This document shows positions 30,649 through 39,877 of a stretch of 64,000 nt of DNA, in pieces. The stretch's first letter is position 1, and the number at the start of each line of letters is the position of its first letter. The translations under genes were made by a program, and so were the position numbers. Source of the DNA: Candidatus Velthaea sp. (lineage in GTDB: Bacteria > Vulcanimicrobiota > Vulcanimicrobiia > Vulcanimicrobiales > Vulcanimicrobiaceae); contig CBDCCS010000018.1 of NCBI GenBank assembly GCA_965214935.1, forward strand, positions 192,001 to 256,000, given 5' to 3'. Below the pieces are notes generated by a model. That model was not told the origin of the DNA. It searched no databases and worked only from the letters and a program-made list of their open reading frames with translations.

Positions 30649-31512
30649 TCAGTCCAAGACGTCGGGACCGCCGAAATAGCGCATGAGAATCGGCTTGAGC
30701 GGGCGGTCCGGCTTATAGCCGTCGGGCGGCGGCTGCAACGGTATGCGTTTGTCGCCGCGCGCGAACGGATCGTCGCCGATCGCATAGTGGAACGGCCAGG
30801 GAACGGCGTCGGACTCGTACGTGCCGTCGCCGTGCACGTAGGAATAGCGTACGTAATACCACATTGTATTTCCGATCCGCTGCCGCGAGATCGGCCAGAT
30901 GTCTCCGTCGCCCGGGTTCATGCCTTCATGGATGCCGGCAACGTGCGTGCTGTAGTGTTTCATCGTCACGACCGGTGTCTCGTCGCTCGCGCTTTGAACG
31001 CTGCCGAGCGTCTGACGCGACTCGGCGATCGTTTTCGAGAATGACTGCGTGAGTACGGCAATTTGCCGATCGGAATACGCGCGTTGCGGTTTTGCAATAA
31101 CGGCAGGTGCAAGCGGTTTGATGCGGCGCGGTGTAACGACCGGCGACCTTGCGAAGGCGGTCGCCGGCGCTTGTGCCGGCGCGTGAACGGCGATGTGGGC
31201 AAGTTCGTGTTTCGGTTGTGGTGCTGCCGGTGCGGCCGTTGCGATCGGATGCGGTCGCGGGGCAACGCGCGTTACGCGATTTTCATGCGCGGGCGCAGCC
31301 GCCGCTGCAGCGCGGTGCTCGATGCGAATAACGGTGGCCGCGGGTGGCGCTTCCTGGCGGCTCGCCCAGACCATCGGTCGCGGCGTTATCCGCGCCAGCG
31401 TACGCGCCCATAACGCCCACAAACCGCCGCCGAGGAGGTGAAGAAGCACCGAAAGTACGAGGCCCAGAAGCAGCAGGGAGCGCGTTCGCTGCCGGGGCCG
31501 AGAAAGCGTCAT
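30649..31512 (-). CDS. Membrane-anchored Pro/Ala-rich protein, TonB/TolA-like architecture with novel C-domain
   Basis: N-terminal TM with S-x3-H (LSVLLHL), low-complexity Pro/Ala linker, aromatic C-domain (WYYVRYSY..DGTYE...VPWPFHY). Confidence 0.6.
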   Translation of the reverse strand: MTLSRPRQRTRSLLLLGLVLSVLLHLLGGGLWALWARTLARITPRPMVWASRQEAPPAATVIRIEHRAAAAAAPAHENRVTRVAPRPHPIATAAPAAPQPKHELAHIAVHAPAQAPATAFARSPVVTPRRIKPLAPAVIAKPQRAYSDRQIAVLTQSFSKTIAESRQTLGSVQSASDETPVVTMKHYSTHVAGIHEGMNPGDGDIWPISRQRIGNTMWYYVRYSYVHGDGTYESDAVPWPFHYAIGDDPFARGDKRIPLQPPPDGYKPDRPLKPILMRYFGGPDVLD

Positions 31513-31769
31513 GCAGTGGACCGTACGTTCGACCCGCACGCGGCTCAACCATAGCCCCGTCAGCGGTCGCTGCCGCAATGATGGCACCGAAGTCTGTGAA
31601 GCATCCGGGAAAGGCGTCGTGCTGCATGCCGGACGAGTTGTGTTCCGCCGTGCCGATTCGAGCAGCGGGTGCAAACGGCCGGCAGCGCGCATTCTTCTTC
31701 CCGGCGCTTCGTCACGAGCCGCCGGCGCCGGAGGATCACACGATGCGCCGTCAACGCAATTATAGTAGA

Positions 31770-32075
31770 ATGAAGCGGGTCGAAATCGTCGTCGAAGCTC
31801 GGCAAGTCGACGCACTCCTCGCAGTCGTGCAACTGCACGCAACGGGATATACGCTTATCCCTGGTGCGACCGGGCTGGGAGAACACGGCTATCGCGACCG
31901 CGAGATGGTCGTGCTCGTTACCGTCGTCACCGCCGATCATCTCGATGCGATCGTCGATGCGATGTTGCCATCGCTGGGCGAACGAGCAAATATCGTTCTC
32001 ATTACCGACGTCATGGTGCTGCGCGCCGAACATTTCATTCCGGAAGTTCGCGCGGCTACGGTACAGCGCGGGTAA
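31770..32075 (+). CDS. P-II-like (SbtB/DUF190-type) signalling protein
   Basis: MKRVEIVV..TGYT......G.G.HG..., DV.VLR.EHF; short T-loop. Confidence 0.75.
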   Translation: MKRVEIVVEARQVDALLAVVQLHATGYTLIPGATGLGEHGYRDREMVVLVTVVTADHLDAIVDAMLPSLGERANIVLITDVMVLRAEHFIPEVRAATVQRG

Positions 32076-32144
32076 GCTCCGGGCTACGGTTCCGCTCACG
32101 CTTGCCTTTGTCGGGATTTTACAGTTTGTGCCGAAGGCGCGCGC

Positions 32145-35100
32145 ATGCGTACGCTCTCCGAGGTCTTTGCAGCCCGCGGCCCGCTGTTACCCGAAGGCCT
32201 GCGAACGTTAGACGTCTCGCCGAACCGGACGATCGAGCCGGGCATGACCGTCTATGCGGCGTTTACATTTCGCAATCTGGGCGGTGGAACCGCGAGCGGC
32301 TTTCGCGTCCGTTTCCGGTTGCCCGAAGGTCTGACGTATCTCGTCGGAACGGCGCGAATCGATGAAACGCCGCTCGACGAACTGGGCGGCCTCACGACGC
32401 TGCTGCAAACGTCGGGAGCCGACATCGGCGAAATTCCGGCCGGCGGCGAGCGGCGCGTCTCACTTGCTTACACCGTCGCAACGACAATCGAAAACGGGAC
32501 GCCGATAAGCCTGCAAGCGGCTATTGCCTCGTTCGACGTCCCGGTGATCGGTTCGAACATCGTGCGGCTCGTCGTCCGCAGCCGGCCCGTATTGCAGAAC
32601 GCGAAAACGACGCTCGCTTTGTCGCCGACGCGCGAAGCGTTACCGGGCGAAGAGTTGCAACTTAGTGCGCGCGTACACAATAGCGGTCAGAGCAGCGCTC
32701 ACGATCTCATCGTACTGCTGCCGCTGCCGGCGCATACCACGTACGTCGCGCACAGTGTCGGTATCGAAGGCCGCGCGTTCAACGGGACCTCCGAGGTCGA
32801 ACCTTTTGGTTTTGCGCGACCGTCGGTCATCGCGCCGACGTTAGGTCCGGGAGCGACGGTCGATATCGGCTATCGCGTTCGGATCGACTCGCCGCTCGAG
32901 GATGCAACGCCGATCGTTGCGCAAGGCGCGGTCTGCTCGCAAGAAGTCGCCGAATTCGCGTTCGCGCCGGTGACGATCAAAATACCGTCGGCGGCGCTGT
33001 TTGCCGGCGACGACACGTCGCTGCGCGTTGAATGCGACGACGAAGTCGAGCCGGGACAACGCGTGCGGATCGTGTTGCGCGCCCGGAACGGCGGCACGGC
33101 ACGCGCGCGCAAGCCGACGCTGAAAATTAGCCTGCCGGAGGGCATTGCGTTTTCGAGCGGATCGCTCAGTATCGACGGTCTCCCGGTCCCCGATCGCGGC
33201 GCGCAGCCCGATACGCTGACCATCGGCGATCTCGAACCGGGGCGTTCGGTTGAAATCGGCCTGACGGGCGTCGTGCGTTCGCCGGTCGCGGACGGCGTCG
33301 AACTGCGCATCGCCGCAGCCGTCGTCTGGTCGAAAGGTCAGCGCAAATTCGAGCGGATCGTGACGGCCCGCTCGCTGCCGCACTTTCCGCCGGCGTTCAA
33401 TAAAATCGAACGTGAAACGTCGCGCCGGGTTGGCCCCGCCGACAGCGTGAAGTATACGGTGGCGTTGCAAAACATGGGCAGCGATAGTGCCACCGACGTG
33501 CGGCTTCAACTTCATGCCGACGACGGCCTCGAGCGTCTGCACGTGTACGATAACGATCGCGAGGTGTCGATTAGTGATGACGGCGTCATTCCACTCGATA
33601 TGCTCGAACCCGGATCGGCGCGCGAATTGCGGATCGAAGCGCAGATTGCTGCGGTAATCGAGGACCAGACCGGTCTGCGTTTGCACGCCATGTTGTTGAC
33701 CGCGCAATGTCCGCCCGTCGATCTCGGCGCACCGGTGCACACGGTCGCATCGCGGCCGCGTTTCTCGGCAAAAACATCGCACCTCGCACTCGGCAGCGCC
33801 GAAGCGCTGCGGCCGAACCGTTTGAGTACGTGTCGCCTGGTGCTCGTCAACGAAGGCACCGATCGCGGGCGCGACGTGCGCGTTTTCTTGCAACCGCCCG
33901 ATGAGTTACGGCTCGAGCGCGTCGAGGATGCGACGCGCGATGGAAACATCGTCGTCTTCGGCGACATCCCGGCCGGTGAAAGCCGCGAGGCGATGTTGTC
34001 GTTCCGGCTTGTCGGTACCGTCGGCGGAGGCGATGTGCTGAGCATCGCGGCGCGTGCCGGCGGCTTGAACGTCGTGCCGTTCGGATTGACGACGATCGAA
34101 TTGGCAACGCACGCCGAAGCGTCGTTCGGTGAAGGCGCAACGCTCGTGGCGTTGCCGGGTGAAACGATCGACGCCGGCGCGGAGATCACCTACACGCTGT
34201 CGCTGCGCAACTGCGGTGACGGCGCTGCAAAACGGCTTGTCACGCGGGTTGCCGGTGTGACCAATGCGGTCTATGCGCCCGGCAGTACCACACTCAACGG
34301 CATCGCGCTGCAAGATTTCGCCGGAACGTCGCCGCTGTTGAGCGCCGCAGGTTTGACATTAGCCGACGTCGGGCCCGGTGTGGAAATTATCGCCCGCTGG
34401 CGAGTCATCGTGAATCTTCCGTTGCCGCCGGCGACAGCGATCGAAACGGCGGCAATCGTACGCTGGGATGAGTCCGCCGAGATCTCCATTGCTGCCCTAC
34501 CCGTTCGCGTCCACTCGACATCGGCGCTGCCGATCATCGAGCCGGAGCTACCGTTTTCGGTGCTCGGCGCGGTCGCCGCCCCCTTACGCTCGGGTGCGCT
34601 TGCGGCGCACAATACCTTCGTGACCCTCGAACCGGCATACACCGAATTACGGCCCGCGCTGCCCGTCGGTTCCAACGGCGGCACCTCCGGCGTGACGCCG
34701 GTAATGGTGCCCGCGATCGAATACGCGCAACTTCCGCCGGCCAACGGCGCGACCGCGGCAGAACCGGCCACGACGGCCGTCTTCCTAGATTTAAACGATG
34801 ATGAGCTTAGCTGGGTCGTTCAGTATCTCGAGCAAACCCGAATCGGCGGTCTGGTCGCACATTTGCTGGTACTGCGCGCATTGTTTCCGGACCGGGTCAC
34901 CGCTGCGGACCGCGCTGCGCGCAATCGTCTGCGCGCACATCGCGAACTTCTCGCAGGCGTCGCCGACCGGCTTTTCATCAAAGTTCGCTTGCCCGATTTC
35001 CCGCTCGAAGCAGCCGATGTCGAAACGGCCGAGCTGCGTTCGTCGCTGCTCGAGCTTTTGGGCGAATTGACGGCGAGCGGCGCCGAACGGCCGGCCATAC

Positions 35101-35423
35101 GTTCGGGTCTGCGCCTGCTCGAAACGCTCGACATCGCGGATTTGGCGGCTCGCATCGCGCCCTTGAATACCGGCGAGCTTGCGACCGCAGCGCCTTGGCA
35201 TGCGATGGTGCAACTCATCGGAACGACGCTCCAGCTCGACGGCGGGCCGATTGCCGACTTCAGCGTTTACCGCAATTTGCTGGCGCGCGAACTCGCGGCG
35301 CGTACGCACCTTGATGCAATTGAATTCGTCGCTTCGCTGCGCCGGCCCGTCGGCGCCGAACTCGATGCGGCACGTGAGTCGGTTATTCGGGTCTTGGCGG
35401 AACAACAACGTGTGCTAAACTAG
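32145..35423 (+). CDS. Large protein with six DUF11/CARDB-like Ig repeats and a helical C-domain
   Basis: Six repeats of P(G)..(V/I).Y.....N.G...A......LP....Y..GS..IDG; no N-terminal signal peptide. Confidence 0.75.
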   Translation: MRTLSEVFAARGPLLPEGLRTLDVSPNRTIEPGMTVYAAFTFRNLGGGTASGFRVRFRLPEGLTYLVGTARIDETPLDELGGLTTLLQTSGADIGEIPAGGERRVSLAYTVATTIENGTPISLQAAIASFDVPVIGSNIVRLVVRSRPVLQNAKTTLALSPTREALPGEELQLSARVHNSGQSSAHDLIVLLPLPAHTTYVAHSVGIEGRAFNGTSEVEPFGFARPSVIAPTLGPGATVDIGYRVRIDSPLEDATPIVAQGAVCSQEVAEFAFAPVTIKIPSAALFAGDDTSLRVECDDEVEPGQRVRIVLRARNGGTARARKPTLKISLPEGIAFSSGSLSIDGLPVPDRGAQPDTLTIGDLEPGRSVEIGLTGVVRSPVADGVELRIAAAVVWSKGQRKFERIVTARSLPHFPPAFNKIERETSRRVGPADSVKYTVALQNMGSDSATDVRLQLHADDGLERLHVYDNDREVSISDDGVIPLDMLEPGSARELRIEAQIAAVIEDQTGLRLHAMLLTAQCPPVDLGAPVHTVASRPRFSAKTSHLALGSAEALRPNRLSTCRLVLVNEGTDRGRDVRVFLQPPDELRLERVEDATRDGNIVVFGDIPAGESREAMLSFRLVGTVGGGDVLSIAARAGGLNVVPFGLTTIELATHAEASFGEGATLVALPGETIDAGAEITYTLSLRNCGDGAAKRLVTRVAGVTNAVYAPGSTTLNGIALQDFAGTSPLLSAAGLTLADVGPGVEIIARWRVIVNLPLPPATAIETAAIVRWDESAEISIAALPVRVHSTSALPIIEPELPFSVLGAVAAPLRSGALAAHNTFVTLEPAYTELRPALPVGSNGGTSGVTPVMVPAIEYAQLPPANGATAAEPATTAVFLDLNDDELSWVVQYLEQTRIGGLVAHLLVLRALFPDRVTAADRAARNRLRAHRELLAGVADRLFIKVRLPDFPLEAADVETAELRSSLLELLGELTASGAERPAIRSGLRLLETLDIADLAARIAPLNTGELATAAPWHAMVQLIGTTLQLDGGPIADFSVYRNLLARELAARTHLDAIEFVASLRRPVGAELDAARESVIRVLAEQQRVLN

Positions 35424-35428
35424 CGCTC

Positions 35429-36013
35429 ATGGCCGTCGCAGTCGTTGCCGCCGTGCTGCTCGTAATGCTAATCGTCGGTCTGGTAGCGGTCCGGCGCGGC
35501 AGGCGGATGCCGGCAGTGGCAGCAGCGGCCGCCGACCGGCCGGCGTGCGACCATCCGACGGACGCTCGTTCGACCGGCGCCCTTGAAATGTCGGGCGCCG
35601 TAGAAGCCGTAGCGGCTTCACCCGTAGAGCCGGCGCAAGAAGCGTTGCCCGCCGCGATTGCGGTCGAAGCCGCAGCGACCGGCTCGCGGCCCGAGATGCA
35701 GTGGTGTCGCCAGTTCGATCCGCGCTCGACGGGTTTGGACGACACCGCCCGGCTGCGCTTGATCGGCGACCTCGGCGTCGTCGCCGACGATTGGTGCGTG
35801 CCGCTGCTGTGCAACGCATATCGCGAAGAGCAGCGGCCGGCAAATCGCGAAGCGGCGCTGATCGCCTTGACGGCCTGCCGCAGTCAGGATGCCGTTCCAA
35901 CGTATCGCCTTGCGCTAAAGTCAGAACACCTGGCCGAACGCGCAATAGCAACCGATGCACTCACCGATCTCGAACCTGCGCGTGCGACGCGTACGATTGT
36001 CGAGCGGCTCTGA
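35429..36013 (+). CDS. Membrane-anchored HEAT-repeat-like hypothetical protein
   Basis: N-terminal TM; helical repeats VPLL..A..EE....REAA..AL and AVP....ALKS....ER..A..AL. Confidence 0.6.
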   Translation: MAVAVVAAVLLVMLIVGLVAVRRGRRMPAVAAAAADRPACDHPTDARSTGALEMSGAVEAVAASPVEPAQEALPAAIAVEAAATGSRPEMQWCRQFDPRSTGLDDTARLRLIGDLGVVADDWCVPLLCNAYREEQRPANREAALIALTACRSQDAVPTYRLALKSEHLAERAIATDALTDLEPARATRTIVERL

Positions 36014-36052
36014 CCGCTCTCGTTGAAGCCGACTTGCGCTAAAAGGATCAGC

Positions 36053-36457
36053 ATGCATATCGAACGTCTCGACCATGTGAACATCGCGGCCCGCGACATT
36101 GGCGCAACTCGCGACTTTTACGTCGATGTCATCGGCTTGAAGGTCGGCGACCGGCCGCCTTTCACGTTTCCGGGATATTGGCTGTACGACGACCGGGTTG
36201 CCGTCATTCATTTAACCGGATCCGACGGTGGGTCGACCGAGCGCGGCAGCGGCGCGATCGATCACATTGCTTTCCGCGCCGCCGGTTTAACGGCGATGCG
36301 CGCGCGACTGGAAGCCGCCGGTACCGCGTCGAGCGAACTTCTCATACCGCGTACCGGCGAACTGCAAATCTTTCTGCGCGATCCGGACGGAATCGCGATC
36401 GAGCTTACCTACGCCGCATCCGAAGTCGCCGCTACGCCCGAACTCGCGCGCAAATAA
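36053..36457 (+). CDS. VOC/glyoxalase family protein
   Basis: LDHVNI, FY.DVIGL, RPPFTFPGYWLY, DHIAF, QIFLRDPDG..IEL; AAGGA RBS. Confidence 0.93.
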   Translation: MHIERLDHVNIAARDIGATRDFYVDVIGLKVGDRPPFTFPGYWLYDDRVAVIHLTGSDGGSTERGSGAIDHIAFRAAGLTAMRARLEAAGTASSELLIPRTGELQIFLRDPDGIAIELTYAASEVAATPELARK

Positions 36458-36459
36458 CG

Positions 36460-36696
36460 GTGCAAGCGCAGGCGCTGGCGCGTGCTTTAAACGTCTTGAC
36501 GAAATCTCCGCAGTTTTCGTACCTCAAGGCGCGTGCGGCGGCGCGCAAGGAGCAACATATCGACTGGCCGCGCACGAAGGCGCGGAATGAAGGCTTCAAT
36601 GCCGACGTGGACGGCTGCGAATCGTTTGTTCTGCTCGACGGTAGCGTTTGTGTTTGGAAGCCGGGCGCATACACCTATGTTGCCGTCGGAAAATAA
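36460..36696 (+). CDS. Small hypothetical protein (78 aa)
   Basis: GTG 2 nt after the VOC stop; fills the gap; globular-looking composition. Confidence 0.5.
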   Translation: MQAQALARALNVLTKSPQFSYLKARAAARKEQHIDWPRTKARNEGFNADVDGCESFVLLDGSVCVWKPGAYTYVAVGK

Positions 36697-36716
36697 GTGT
36701 ATGCGCTTGATGCTTG

Positions 36717-37997
36717 CTAGTGAGCTGCGTGCGCGACGGTCGCCGCAGCGTCATCGCTGCGGATTGTTTGCACCGTGCCGTTTGCGGCAGCCGGAACGAG
36801 TTCGACCTTGAGCCAGCCTTCCTGGCGCCGGTCGAACGCCTCGTACGCCTCGATTGCCCCGGTCATCGGAGCTAATTGCGTGAGAATCCGTTCGGGTGTC
36901 AGCCGGCCGGTCTTCACCCACGACACGGCGTTCCACAGATACGCCCGGTGATTGCAATTACCGCTGCGCAACGACAAATTCTTGTTCATCGCAGCGCCGA
37001 TCGGAAATGCCTTCGCCGCCGGCGGATAGACACCGATAATTGAAATTGTTCCGGCCTTTCGTACCGCACCGACCGCCCACGTCAGCACCTGCGACGGCCC
37101 GTCGCCGGGGTGCCAGTTCGCGCCGTCGGGATGTTGTTCGGGCGCAACCTCGTGCATCTGTTTGTCAAACTCTTTGCCTTCGGCTTTGGCTTCGGCCAGC
37201 GCCGGTCCGGCTTGCGGGCGCATCGCATCGACGCCGACGGCATCGATGACGCGATCGGCGCCGTTCCCGTTTGTTAAGCGCATCAATTCGGCGATCGGTT
37301 CGGTCTCATCGAAGTTGATGACCTCAGCGCCTTGCGCTTGGGCGCGCTGCAGACGTCCGGGAATCCGATCGATTGCGAACACGCGTCCGGCGCCGAGCAT
37401 AAACGCCGACGTAATGGCGAATTGCCCGACCGGACCGCAACCGAAAACGGCGACGGAATTACCCGGCTCGATGTTTGCAATATCGGCGCCGAAGTAGCCG
37501 GTGGTGAAGATATCCGACAAGAGAATCGCCTGATCGTCCGTTACCTCGTCGGGCAATTTTACCGGCCCGACGTTTGCGAACGGGATGCGCGCGTACTCGG
37601 CTTGCAAGCCGTTGAAGGGTCCCGTCGTCGCCGGTCCGCCGAAAAACGCGGTCCCGGCTTGGGGACCGTTAGGATTCGCGACATCGCACTGCGCAAAGCT
37701 CCCCATTCGGCAAAATTGACATGCGCCGCAGCCGATGGTCGACGGAATGACGACCCGATCGCCGGGCCGCAGATTACGGACGGACTTACCGACTTCCTCG
37801 ACGACGCCGACACCCTCATGGCCCAGAATCGTTCCCGGTACCATGCCCGGGAAAGTCCCGCGAACCATGTGCAAATCGGTCCCGCAAATCGCACTCGATG
37901 TCAGCCGCACGATTGCGTCGGTCGGTTCTTTGATTTTCGGTTCGGCCACGGAGTCAAGCCGTATATCGCCGATTCCGTGGAACACAACTGCTTTCAT
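36717..37997 (-). CDS. Zinc-dependent MDR alcohol/formaldehyde dehydrogenase
   Basis: ICGTDLH, GHEGVG, CGACQFC......C, LSDIF.TG, GCGPVG, IDAVG. Confidence 0.93.
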   Translation of the reverse strand: MKAVVFHGIGDIRLDSVAEPKIKEPTDAIVRLTSSAICGTDLHMVRGTFPGMVPGTILGHEGVGVVEEVGKSVRNLRPGDRVVIPSTIGCGACQFCRMGSFAQCDVANPNGPQAGTAFFGGPATTGPFNGLQAEYARIPFANVGPVKLPDEVTDDQAILLSDIFTTGYFGADIANIEPGNSVAVFGCGPVGQFAITSAFMLGAGRVFAIDRIPGRLQRAQAQGAEVINFDETEPIAELMRLTNGNGADRVIDAVGVDAMRPQAGPALAEAKAEGKEFDKQMHEVAPEQHPDGANWHPGDGPSQVLTWAVGAVRKAGTISIIGVYPPAAKAFPIGAAMNKNLSLRSGNCNHRAYLWNAVSWVKTGRLTPERILTQLAPMTGAIEAYEAFDRRQEGWLKVELVPAAANGTVQTIRSDDAAATVAHAAH

Positions 37998-38130
37998 GAG
38001 CTCGTCATGACCCAACTCAATTGGTGCCAAACAAGCTTACCTAAAGCGGTATTTAGCGTAGCAGCGCTTTGCAGGCGGCGGCAAGTCGCTTCAACAGGGA
38101 CTCGACGTAGGGCAGAGTAGCTTTTCCAAG

Positions 38131-38298
38131 ATGCCCGCGATTAAGATGATTCGAGCCGGAAAGCGCTATGGTTTCGAGTGTGCGGTGTGCCGACTGCGCG
38201 AGCTAAGCGCGGATCCGGCGGGTGCGCGCGCGGCCCGCATGCTTCACGTCGGTACTCCGGCGCATCGGTCGGCGCTTCGCGCGGCGCGTAAGGAGTAA
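38131..38298 (+). CDS. 55-aa putative C2H2 zinc-finger protein (not in ORF track)
   Basis: MPAIKMIRAGKRYGFECAVCRLRELSADPAGARAARMLHVGTPAHRSALRAARKE*: C-x2-C-x18-H-x5-H, in an otherwise empty gap. Confidence 0.5.
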   Translation: MPAIKMIRAGKRYGFECAVCRLRELSADPAGARAARMLHVGTPAHRSALRAARKE

Positions 38299-38304
38299 GC
38301 GGGG

Positions 38305-38568
38305 CTAGTGCGGACTCATCATCGGATTGGGCGCCGGACTTTCGGGATTTTCGCCCGAGGCACTCGTTCCGCTGGTGGCTTCCGGATGCCGCTGGCTACG
38401 CTTAATCATCGTATCTTGCTTGTATTTCGCCTTGTGGATCGTTCTGGGCGCGATCGAAATTTTCGGCTTGGGCGCGGGGCTCGCACTCTGGGCGGAAACG
38501 AGCATCGGCGTATATGCCGCTAACGTTAGCGCAGCGAGTGCCGTCAACCGAGCGATCTGAAGCGTCAT
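38305..38568 (-). CDS. Small secreted low-complexity hypothetical protein
   Basis: Signal peptide ending VSA, then ASPAP-rich disordered sequence. Confidence 0.65.
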   Translation of the reverse strand: MTLQIARLTALAALTLAAYTPMLVSAQSASPAPKPKISIAPRTIHKAKYKQDTMIKRSQRHPEATSGTSASGENPESPAPNPMMSPH

Positions 38569-38621
38569 GCCGACCCTGTTGCCTCAATGGGCACTTTCAA
38601 AACAGCTTGGCGGCTATGCGG

Positions 38622-39410
38622 TTACACCCATCCACCGTCGATGATGTAACTTTGACCGGTCATCGCCGAACTATCGTCGGCTGCAAGGAACAAAACGAGT
38701 CGCGCAACTTCATCCGGCAACAGATCGCGTTTGAGTGATTGCGCTTGCTGCACGGCGGCGGCATATTGCGGTGTGAGCCAAAGGCGGCGCTGCCGCTCGG
38801 TGATGATCGCGCCGGGCAATATACAATTGACGCGAATGGCCGCCGGCCCCAGTTCGTGCGCCAGCGTTCGGGTCAAACCGACGATGCCGGCTTTGGCCGT
38901 GACGTAGGCAGCTTGGTCGATCGACGGAATGAGCCAGCCGATCGAACTGATATTGACGATCGACCCGCCGCCCGCGATTTTCATTCCGTCAGTGACGGCT
39001 TGGATAGTGAAAAAATAGTGCCGCAAATTCACCGCCATGCGCTCGTCCCAATAGTCCGGCGTTATCTCGGCGGTTCGATGACGATCGTCGCTCGCGGCGT
39101 TGTTTACGAGCACCGCCACATCGCCCAAGCGCCGAGCCGCAGCGGCAAGCGCGCGACGCAGCGCCGCGATGTCCCTGACGTCGCATTCAATGAACGCGGG
39201 CGCATGCCTTACAGCTGGGGTCAGCCGCTCGACGAGACGAGTCGCCGCACTTGCATCAACATCGACGAATGCCACTTGCGATCCCTGTCGCGCAAAATGC
39301 TCGACGATCTCGGCGCCGATGCCCGAACCGCCGCCGGTCACGAACACCGTGCGATCGCGTAAGCTCGGATATGTCGCGTAGGCTGCGGCTGCACTTACCG
39401 GCTCACGCAT
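38622..39410 (-). CDS. SDR oxidoreductase, D-xylose 1-dehydrogenase (Caulobacter XylB)-like
   Basis: YPSL....V.VTGGGSGIG, NNAASDDRH, YWDERMAVNLRH, Y...K, IDGGW. Confidence 0.8.
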   Translation of the reverse strand: MREPVSAAAAYATYPSLRDRTVFVTGGGSGIGAEIVEHFARQGSQVAFVDVDASAATRLVERLTPAVRHAPAFIECDVRDIAALRRALAAAARRLGDVAVLVNNAASDDRHRTAEITPDYWDERMAVNLRHYFFTIQAVTDGMKIAGGGSIVNISSIGWLIPSIDQAAYVTAKAGIVGLTRTLAHELGPAAIRVNCILPGAIITERQRRLWLTPQYAAAVQQAQSLKRDLLPDEVARLVLFLAADDSSAMTGQSYIIDGGWV

Positions 39411-39780
39411 ACTGCGCGATCCCGTCGCCGAACGACCAATTTTCTTTGCTCACTTCGATCAGGTTGACGATCATGTCGGCTTTCGGAACGCCCGGATCGA
39501 CGGACGCCAATTCGGCGATTCGCGCGTAGAGCGCACGTTTTTGTTCGACCGTCCGTCCGCCGTTCAAGGTGATTTGCACGATGACGACCGCCTCGGAATG
39601 TGCGATGCCTAAATACTGCGGCGGCCAAATGACGTGCCCGGTTGCGCCCGCGCTAATCACTTGAAAGCGGTCGTCGGCCGGCACGTTCATGCACTCGACG
39701 AGCGCACGATGAACGGCCGTTCCGATCGCGGCGCCGAACGCAGGGTCGCCGGTGTTGAGTGATATTCTTACAAGCGGCAT
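39403..39780 (-). CDS. Tautomerase superfamily protein (MSAD-like)
   Basis: N-terminal catalytic Pro (MPLVRI), VP.DDRFQ, GRTVEQK..LY, ENWSFG.G.AQY. Confidence 0.92.
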   Translation of the reverse strand: MPLVRISLNTGDPAFGAAIGTAVHRALVECMNVPADDRFQVISAGATGHVIWPPQYLGIAHSEAVVIVQITLNGGRTVEQKRALYARIAELASVDPGVPKADMIVNLIEVSKENWSFGDGIAQYA

Positions 39781-39877
39781 GGTACCGTACGCGGTTTGAC
39801 TTAAAGCCGCGCGCATCCCCGGACGCGCGTCAAGGCACAGACCGGCTCGGAATCGTAAGTTCAGCCCGGAGGCGTTC

